A stretch of DNA of 64,000 nt, taken from NCBI GenBank assembly GCA_963422395.1, contig OY729431.1, forward strand, positions 192,001 to 256,000. Reading direction: 5' to 3'. Both the position numbers and the translations under genes were made by a program. Under the pieces are notes generated by a model that did not search any database, was not told the origin of the DNA, and saw only the letters and a program-made list of their open reading frames with translations. Origin of the DNA: Vicinamibacteria bacterium. Its GTDB lineage: Bacteria; Acidobacteriota; Vicinamibacteria; Marinacidobacterales; Marinacidobacteraceae. This document shows, piece by piece, positions 57,310 through 64,000 of this stretch (its first letter is position 1; the number at the start of each line of letters is the position of its first letter).

Positions 57310-60300
57310 TCAGCAGCAGCGCAGCTCGTTCGCACGCCGCTCCAGTCGCCCCGCTGCGACCAGTTGCGCCGCCATCTGCTCGACCAGGGCTCTCATGTCC
57401 CTTCCCGGGCGAAGGTCGAAGATCCGTGCCACCTCGTCTGCACACTCGGGCGCCGAGATGCCGACGCTTCGTTCGACCGCCAGGAGGATCGCCGTTCGCA
57501 CTTCCGCGGGGGGAAGCCTCTCGACCTTGCGGAGACCCGCGGACCCCACGGCTCGGCGGTCCCTGACCGGCACTTCCTGGTCCTCGACCCGGCGGTGGAG
57601 GAAGCGGTCGGCTTCGCCGCCGTTCCAGTGGATGCGGCGCATTTCGACCGCCCGTCGAATGGCTGCCTCCACGCTGGACCGGATCCTCGATCCCGTCCGC
57701 CGGTAGCCCCAGAGGGAACAGAGCCGCCTGACGACCTCGTCCTCGTGGACGGGTCCCTCGACCTCCACGATCTGCGCTACGTGTCGTTCCAGACAGGCAG
57801 GTTCAGCTTCCCACAGCTCGCATCCACCGCTCTCCGGGATCACGAAGTCCGATTCCCGATACGGGCGCAGGTCCAGGCTTCGGCCCGGCGCCCCTTCCGA
57901 GCGCACCACCGGCGTTTGCGGCGGGGGCGCCGCCCCGCTTCCGGCGGAGGCGCCCCCGGTTCTCGTCCGCTCGATGGCTTCGAGCAGTTTTTCCAGCTCG
58001 CGGTCACGGCCGTAGAACCAGTCGGTGCTCCAGATCCGGTGGAAAGTCCACCCTTTCTGCTCGAGCACGCTCTGGCGCAGGCGGTCCCGCTCGCGAGCCC
58101 AGTTCGAAGAGTGATACCGAGCTCCGTCGCATTCCACCGCGAGCAGGAATCGCCCTGCGTCGTCCGGGTCGTACACCGCGAGGTCGATGCGGAAGCCGGC
58201 GGAACCTACCTGGGCAGCCACCCGATACCCGTGGCTCTGCAGTGCGCTGGCGACTGCCTCCTCGAAAGGGCTGTCCGGCTCGCCGCCGGTCGGAATCGGA
58301 ATGTCCATCTCACCGGTTTCGGCGTATTGCAGGTATCGCTTCAGTACGCGCGGGCCGGCGCGGCGCGCCGTGTCGAGCCGGATGTCGTCGTGCCGGATCG
58401 AAGCGAAGACGCGGCACGACTTGCGCGCCCGAGTGAACAGCACATTGAGCCGCCGCTCTCCTCCCTCGCTCGAAACCGGCCCGAAGTTCTGCGAAAAGTA
58501 GCCGTCCTCGTCCTTTCCGTAGCCGATCGAGATGAAGATCACATCCCGCTCGTCGCCCTGGACATTCTCGAGATTCTTCACGAAGAACGCTTCGTCCTCG
58601 CCTTCTCGGCAAAACGCCTCGAGCTCGGAGAATTCGGCCCGCCGGAACTCCATCCGGTTGCGGATCGCGTCGCGCTGCGCCACCGAAAGCGCCACCACGC
58701 CGAGGGTTTCTCCGGGGTGTTCTCGGGCGTGGACGAGCACCGCTTCGGCGACCGCCTCGGCCTCCTCGGGGTTCCGGCGGCTCCTGCCCCGCTCATAGAC
58801 CCCGTTCACCGGGACGAAGCTCAGCCCGGTTCGATCTCCCGAACTGCGGGGGCTCGGCGGGAAGACCAAGCGGTCTTCGTAGAACTCGTGGTTCGAGACC
58901 GCGATCAACGAGGGATGTTGGGACCGGTAATGCCAGCGCAGCATGCCCCCCGGCATCCCCCGCGCCTCGCACAGCGACAGGATGCTCTCCATGTCGCCCG
59001 CCTGGACGGCGTAGGGGTCCTCGTCGTCCTCTTCGACGGCCACTTCCCGATCGAAGAAGGAGGTCGGCGGCAGCTGCTTCTGGTCGCCGACGACGACGAG
59101 CTGGCGGCAGCGCATCACCGCACCCATCGCATCGGCGGGGCGGACCTGACTCGCTTCGTCGATCAGCAGGAGGTCGAAAGTGAGCCTTCCGGGTTTCAGG
59201 TACTGGGCGATCGAGAGCGGGCTCATCAGGAAGACCGGCTTGATGGCGGCGACCGCCTCCCCGGCATCGTCCAGGAGCTGCCGCAGCTTCAGGTGCCGCT
59301 TCTTCTTGGCGAGCTCTCTGCGAACGAGGCCGATCTGTCCGGCGGCTCCGAGGGGCAGCGCCTGGAAGTGCTTCAGGGCGACCTGCCCTGCGGTCAGATC
59401 CAGGAGCTTCCGGTCGAGAGCCTTGAATTCTTCGACCTTCCGGGTTCGGTCCTCCCCGTCGATCGAATCGAGCTGTGGTTCGCCGGCGCGCAGGCGATTC
59501 CACACCGCTTCGGCGCGCACCCATTCCAAGGTCTGGCCAGCGTGCTCGACGCTCAGTCGTCCCTCTGCCAGGTGTTCCCGAAATTCGTCGAGGCCCAACT
59601 CGGAAACACCACGGGCCGCCGCGCTCAGCCGGTGCCAGTCCTCGGCCCCTTGCGGGTCTGCCGCCCAGGAGCTCAAGCGTTCCCGGAGCGTGACGAGCGG
59701 GATCGCCTCGGCATTCTCCACTCCGAAGGTCTCTTTCAGGTCGAGCTCCACGAGGGCGGCGATCTCGTCCCAGGCGGCCGGCCACGCCGAGAGGGCTTTC
59801 TGCAGGCGTCCGGCGAGCGAGCGGAGGGCGCTTTTCGGAGGAATCGCCGCCAGTTGCTCCCGGGCCGCGGCCGCCGATCCGAGCCGCTCGGCTTGCGCTG
59901 CTGCCCAACGAAGCGCAGGCAACAGGGTTTCGACTTTCGTTTCCTCGTCCGACCAGGAGTGGCCGAAAATCTCCCGTCCGGCGGGGGCGTCGTCCTGACG
60001 GATCGCTTCGGCCGACCGGCGGCATTCGAGGAGTCGGTCGAGCAACGCGAGCCGTTCGCGGTGATCCAGCTTTCGATCAGCGGATCGCTGTGCCGAGCGG
60101 AGCTGGCCGGCGGCATCCCGATATCCGGCGTCGAACCAGCGGAACCACCCCTTCCCGCTCTGGGCGATGCGGCTGCGGACTTCGTCCCACTCCTGCGAAA
60201 GCGCGTTCTCCGTGACCTCGGACCGCAATCCATCGCGAAGCGACTGAAAGGAGTGGACGGTCTGGCAGAGGGTGATGGATCGATCGAGACGGCTGAAGAG

Positions 60301-62046
60301 CGCTGGGTTCTCCAAGAGGAGTTCCCTGGTGCCGGAGGGCTGTTCGCTCAGGCTGCCCAATAGCTCGAGGGTGCTTTCGATTGCTTCGAGGTGCGTGGCT
60401 CCGGTGCCGTGCACCGTCTGAAATTCCTCCTGCAAGGCGTCGAGTCGGCCGATTCCGACCCGCAAGGCGTCGGTGAGCCGCTTGCGGTCCATCGGGCCGA
60501 GCCTTCGGCGGACGCCGCGCCACCGGTGCCCGCGCTCGCTGCCGTGTTCGCCGGTCCGCTCGGCCAGGGTGCGGACCGCCGCAGCGCGTTCTTCGAACTC
60601 GTCCCGGCTCCACCCCGCCGAGCCGGCAATGCGAAGGTCGGGCGGCGGACAGGCCTGCTCCGCGAGGGCGGCGAGCCGACCGAGAACTCGGTACGGCGTC
60701 TCGCCGGTCGTTTCGTCCACCCGGTGGAGCAGTGCCGAGAGCTGATTCAGCGCATCTCGGACCTGGCGCAAGCGCGCGTACTCGTGCTTCCCCACCTCGG
60801 CAGGTCTTCCCAGATCGAGCGTCCGCTTGAGGTCTTCATAGACCAGCCGCCGGTTGGCCTTGTGCGAATGCAGCTCCAGGCAGAGCGGTCCCAGGCCGCA
60901 GCGAACCAACCGGTCGTGGACGACATCGAGTGCGGCGCGCTTCTCGGCCACGAACAGGACCCGCTTTCCGTCCAGTACGGCGCCGGCGATCATGTTGGCG
61001 ATAGTCTGGGATTTGCCGGTGCCTGGGGGGCCCTGCACGACCAGATTTCGACCCTTGCGGGCGGCGGCGAGGACCTGGGTCTGTGAGGTGTCGGCGTCGA
61101 GGATGTGCCCGAGCTCCTTGATGTCCGGGAATCGCCGGTCGAGATTTTCATCTGCGGCGAAGAGGCTGGCGCCGGGCTCGAACCCGGTGCCGCCGAGCAG
61201 CTGTTCCATTCCGCTTCCCGCGCTGTCCGGATTGAGGTTCTCGGGATCGAGGTCCCGCCACATCAGGAACTTGGCGAAGGAGTAGAAGCTCAGCTCCATG
61301 GTGTTCGGAAGTACGCGCCAGCGCTTTTGCGGCGATACCGCGCTCGCGACCCGTTCGAAGTAATCGGACGGCAGCCATTCGTCGTTCTCCGGGAGGTCCG
61401 GCAGCTTCAGTCCGAAGTCGTTCGTGAGCTTGGCGCCGAGCGACAGGTTCGGTTCGAGGTCCTGATCCCGGCGGGTCAGCCGGAATCTCCCTTTGGCATT
61501 GCTCCGTTCGATGTCCACCGGCAGCAGGATCAGCGGCGCGTGCCTGGCGAGCTCCGAGGAATCGCTCTCGTACCAGCGCAGGAAGCCCAGCGCCAGGAAC
61601 AGCACGCTGACTCCCTGTTCCTCTTCGACCTCCCGGGCGCTGCGGTACAGATTCAGGAGCCGCTTCTGGAGTCGGTCGGGCGTCAGCCGCGTCTGGAGGA
61701 TCCGGTCCACATGGTGCGCGGCAGGGGGTGTGCTCTCGCCCTGACCGTTCGGTAGATAGACATCCTCCTCATCTTCGTCGGAGGAGGCCGCCGGGGCTTC
61801 GTCCTGACTCGGCGCGAAGCGCATCTGCTTGCCCTGGAGGTGGAGGATCTCGAAGATCTCGTCGGAGAGCTCGTCCACGACCGCCAGCTGTCTGCCGCGG
61901 TCCTTTCCGACCGGAGAGTGGATCAGCCGGTTGCGAAGCGAGATGTCGAGGAGCTTTTCGCGTAGCTTTTCAAGCGCCGCCGCGGTCTCGGGACTCGGTT
62001 GCTCAGCCGTTACCGAACCCCCCTTCGATTCGCCCGCCGCCATCAC
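57310..62046 (-). CDS. DUF4011 - SF1 helicase - Vsr-like nuclease - DUF3320 protein (Hhe-like)
   Basis: KLLDISLRNRL, EEQG...LFLALGFL.W, QGPPGTGKSQTI, MSPLSIAQYL, DEASQ, GDQKQLPP, HYRS, QGDERD, SPFEE.V, ECDG..YH and RIWSTDW. Confidence 0.9.
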   Translation of the reverse strand: MMAAGESKGGSVTAEQPSPETAAALEKLREKLLDISLRNRLIHSPVGKDRGRQLAVVDELSDEIFEILHLQGKQMRFAPSQDEAPAASSDEDEEDVYLPNGQGESTPPAAHHVDRILQTRLTPDRLQKRLLNLYRSAREVEEEQGVSVLFLALGFLRWYESDSSELARHAPLILLPVDIERSNAKGRFRLTRRDQDLEPNLSLGAKLTNDFGLKLPDLPENDEWLPSDYFERVASAVSPQKRWRVLPNTMELSFYSFAKFLMWRDLDPENLNPDSAGSGMEQLLGGTGFEPGASLFAADENLDRRFPDIKELGHILDADTSQTQVLAAARKGRNLVVQGPPGTGKSQTIANMIAGAVLDGKRVLFVAEKRAALDVVHDRLVRCGLGPLCLELHSHKANRRLVYEDLKRTLDLGRPAEVGKHEYARLRQVRDALNQLSALLHRVDETTGETPYRVLGRLAALAEQACPPPDLRIAGSAGWSRDEFEERAAAVRTLAERTGEHGSERGHRWRGVRRRLGPMDRKRLTDALRVGIGRLDALQEEFQTVHGTGATHLEAIESTLELLGSLSEQPSGTRELLLENPALFSRLDRSITLCQTVHSFQSLRDGLRSEVTENALSQEWDEVRSRIAQSGKGWFRWFDAGYRDAAGQLRSAQRSADRKLDHRERLALLDRLLECRRSAEAIRQDDAPAGREIFGHSWSDEETKVETLLPALRWAAAQAERLGSAAAAREQLAAIPPKSALRSLAGRLQKALSAWPAAWDEIAALVELDLKETFGVENAEAIPLVTLRERLSSWAADPQGAEDWHRLSAAARGVSELGLDEFREHLAEGRLSVEHAGQTLEWVRAEAVWNRLRAGEPQLDSIDGEDRTRKVEEFKALDRKLLDLTAGQVALKHFQALPLGAAGQIGLVRRELAKKKRHLKLRQLLDDAGEAVAAIKPVFLMSPLSIAQYLKPGRLTFDLLLIDEASQVRPADAMGAVMRCRQLVVVGDQKQLPPTSFFDREVAVEEDDEDPYAVQAGDMESILSLCEARGMPGGMLRWHYRSQHPSLIAVSNHEFYEDRLVFPPSPRSSGDRTGLSFVPVNGVYERGRSRRNPEEAEAVAEAVLVHAREHPGETLGVVALSVAQRDAIRNRMEFRRAEFSELEAFCREGEDEAFFVKNLENVQGDERDVIFISIGYGKDEDGYFSQNFGPVSSEGGERRLNVLFTRARKSCRVFASIRHDDIRLDTARRAGPRVLKRYLQYAETGEMDIPIPTGGEPDSPFEEAVASALQSHGYRVAAQVGSAGFRIDLAVYDPDDAGRFLLAVECDGARYHSSNWARERDRLRQSVLEQKGWTFHRIWSTDWFYGRDRELEKLLEAIERTRTGGASAGSGAAPPPQTPVVRSEGAPGRSLDLRPYRESDFVIPESGGCELWEAEPACLERHVAQIVEVEGPVHEDEVVRRLCSLWGYRRTGSRIRSSVEAAIRRAVEMRRIHWNGGEADRFLHRRVEDQEVPVRDRRAVGSAGLRKVERLPPAEVRTAILLAVERSVGISAPECADEVARIFDLRPGRDMRALVEQMAAQLVAAGRLERRANELRCC

Positions 62047-62094
62047 CGGGCGATTCTACGGGCGAGGAGCCCAGCGCCCTCGCGTCGGCCGGCG

Positions 62095-63666
62095 CTATGC
62101 CGGTCGGTCCACCCGGACTCCGTGCTGGGTTCCGGCGGCCACCCGGATTCCGGTTGCCCACCGCTCTTCGTCGGTCTTCTCCTCGACGGTCGGGACGAAG
62201 AACCAGTCGTTCTGGACGCGCTCGGGGGTGAGGTCGAGGATGCAGTAACCGCGATGGAACGCCTCGCCGAACTTCATATGCGGGTTGGCGCCGAGAATCT
62301 CCTGCACTCGCGGGACGATCGCCTCCTCGCTGCCGAGCTGGCGGAGCAGCGAGCTCGGCGAGGACACTGCGGTCGTGACGAAGTCCACCCCGTACGAGCC
62401 GGCGCCGGTCTCCCGGTCGTATCCCGAGAAGGGATCGCGGGGCAGGTCCATCCCCCATGACTGGTGAACATCCCCGGTGAGGACCACGAGGTCGCCGATC
62501 CGCTCGCGCTCGAGAAAGTCGAAGAGACGGTTGCGGCTCGCGCGGTAGCCGTCCCACTGGTCGGGGTTTTGCGGCTTGCCGCCGGAGTCGAGCATCGGCC
62601 CCATCATCACCTGCTGGCCGAGCACTCGCCAGCGCACGCTCGCCGACCGGGCCGCAGCGAGCTCGCCGTAGAGCCACTGCTCCTGCCGCGCCCCGAGCAG
62701 CGAACGCCCGGGGTGCGCCATCCCCTCTGCATCGCCCCATTCCGCCTGGCGCGAACGCCCGATCAGCCGGGTGTCCAGCATGATGAGATCGAGCAGCTTG
62801 CCGAAGCGGAAGGTCCGGTAGGTGCGCTGGCTGGGCCAGGGCTCGGGCTCGCGTATCGGCATCCATTCGAAGTACGCCCGGACCGCGGCTTCCCGGCGAA
62901 GGAACCAGTCGCCTTCCTCCTCTTCCGGTTGGTGGTTCTGCGCCCCATCGGTCCAGGCGTTGTTCGTGATCTCGTGGTCGTCCCAGACGCAGAGGAACGG
63001 ATGCTGGCGGTGGACTTCCTGCAAGTCGGGATCGGACTTGTACTGGGCGTGCCGTGTCCGGTAATCGGCGAGGGTGGTGATCTCCTTGTTCGGCATCGGC
63101 GCCCGTCCGAACCGGGTCCCGTCGCCGTAGTCCCGGTTGGGGTACTCGTAGAGGTAGTCCCCGAGGTGGAGCACGGCGTCGAGATCCGGGCGTTCGGCGA
63201 TGCGGCGGTACACATGGAAGTAGCCGAAGGGCAGGTTGGAGCAGGAGACGAAGGCGAGCCGGGCGTGCTTCGGGTTGGGTGGCAGGGTCTTCGTCCGGCC
63301 CACCGGCGACCGTTCCCCGAGGGCCTCGAAGCGGTAGTGCCAGGTAGCCCCGGGGGTCAGCCCCGGCGCCGTCACCTTGACGGTGTAATCCCGCTCCGGC
63401 CCGGTCGCGGTCTCTCCGGCAGCGACCACTTCCCGAAGTCCGGGGTCGCGCGCGACCTGCCAGTGCACGGCCACCCGGTCATCGGACGAACCCGAGACCC
63501 GCGTCCAGAGCAGCACCCGGTCGGCGAGCGGATCGCCGCTCGCCACCCCGTGCCGGAACACTCGTTCCTGCCCGAGCACCGGGAACGCTCGAACGAGCGG
63601 CAGGCCGCCCGCGGCGGCGGCCGCCCGCGCGGAGTGGGTGAGGAAGTGTCTGCGATCCATCGTCAT
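62095..63666 (-). CDS. phoD: Alkaline phosphatase D
   Basis: Tat motif RRHFL, FRHGVASGDP, HLGDYLYE, WDDHE..NN, LDTR, DQWDGY and TGDVH. Confidence 0.93.
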   Translation of the reverse strand: MTMDRRHFLTHSARAAAAAGGLPLVRAFPVLGQERVFRHGVASGDPLADRVLLWTRVSGSSDDRVAVHWQVARDPGLREVVAAGETATGPERDYTVKVTAPGLTPGATWHYRFEALGERSPVGRTKTLPPNPKHARLAFVSCSNLPFGYFHVYRRIAERPDLDAVLHLGDYLYEYPNRDYGDGTRFGRAPMPNKEITTLADYRTRHAQYKSDPDLQEVHRQHPFLCVWDDHEITNNAWTDGAQNHQPEEEEGDWFLRREAAVRAYFEWMPIREPEPWPSQRTYRTFRFGKLLDLIMLDTRLIGRSRQAEWGDAEGMAHPGRSLLGARQEQWLYGELAAARSASVRWRVLGQQVMMGPMLDSGGKPQNPDQWDGYRASRNRLFDFLERERIGDLVVLTGDVHQSWGMDLPRDPFSGYDRETGAGSYGVDFVTTAVSSPSSLLRQLGSEEAIVPRVQEILGANPHMKFGEAFHRGYCILDLTPERVQNDWFFVPTVEEKTDEERWATGIRVAAGTQHGVRVDRPA

Positions 63667-63687
63667 GGTGCGGGCGATGCGGCTTCG

Positions 63688-64000
63688 TTATCGGCTCTGC
63701 CGGTCCGTGGTCGTCTCTCGGTGCGACGGGGCGTTCTTCACATGACGCTCCAGCCATTCTTGCTGTTCCCAGAGGGTGTGCAGCACCGACTCGCGGGCGG
63801 CGTAGCCGTGGCTCTCGTGGGGGAGCATCACCAGGCGCGCTAACGCTCCGTGGCCTTTCAGCGCGTGGAAGAAGCGGCGGCTCTGGATCGGGAAGGTGCC
63901 GGAGTTGTTGTCGGCGGCGCCGTGGATCAGCAGGATCGGCTCGTTCACCTTTTGGGCGTGCATGAAGGGGGACATACGGAAATAGATCTCCGGGGCCTGC
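63688..64000 (-). CDS. S9 (prolyl oligopeptidase family) peptidase, C-terminal fragment
   Basis: SPF..A.K...PILLIHG.AD.N.GT and LPHESHGY (catalytic Asp and His); runs off the window edge. Confidence 0.88.
   Translation of the reverse strand, partial: QAPEIYFRMSPFMHAQKVNEPILLIHGAADNNSGTFPIQSRRFFHALKGHGALARLVMLPHESHGYAARESVLHTLWEQQEWLERHVKNAPSHRETTTDRQSR

Overview
GC-rich bacterial DNA in four blocks. (1) 1-~21,800 is a tailed-phage virion gene cluster that runs off the left edge. It has an HK97-type terminase large subunit, portal, ClpP-type protease, major capsid, head-tail connector, head closure, tail completion and terminator proteins, tail tube, tape measure, Dit-like and hub-like proteins, a 1963-aa Ig-repeat tail tip, an SLT lysin, holin-like genes and an HNH nuclease. 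The genes look intact but are out of the normal head-neck-tail order and split over both strands. No integrase, replication gene or small terminase is visible, and the cluster ends about 180 bp before dnaX. The Dit-like gene and the tail-tip gene, about 19 kb apart on opposite strands, share one Cys-bracketed Ig-like module. A cos-like palindrome followed by repeated boxes precedes the packaging genes. (2) 21.9-33.6 kb: dnaX-ybaB-recR, tRNA-Asn(GTT), a porin, a VOC protein, a propeller/di-heme cytochrome c and a Gld-like ABC transporter. (3) 33.6-37.8 kb is a partly lower-GC toxin-antitoxin island: a translationally coupled MqsR-like toxin, MqsA-like antitoxin with a C-terminal tail and KGGVGR ParA-like ATPase-TPR gene, plus a divergent hipB-like gene and a broken hipA. 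(4) 37.9-64 kb: hutHUFI (hutF frameshifted), an ankyrin-TPR protein, a GMC oxidoreductase pair, an amidohydrolase, a BtuFCD-like ABC importer, DUF5916, an ABC-ATPase/TOPRIM-like pair, a cyclophilin, a DUF4011 helicase-nuclease, phoD and a partial S9 peptidase. All family calls come from motif recognition by eye; no database searches were run.
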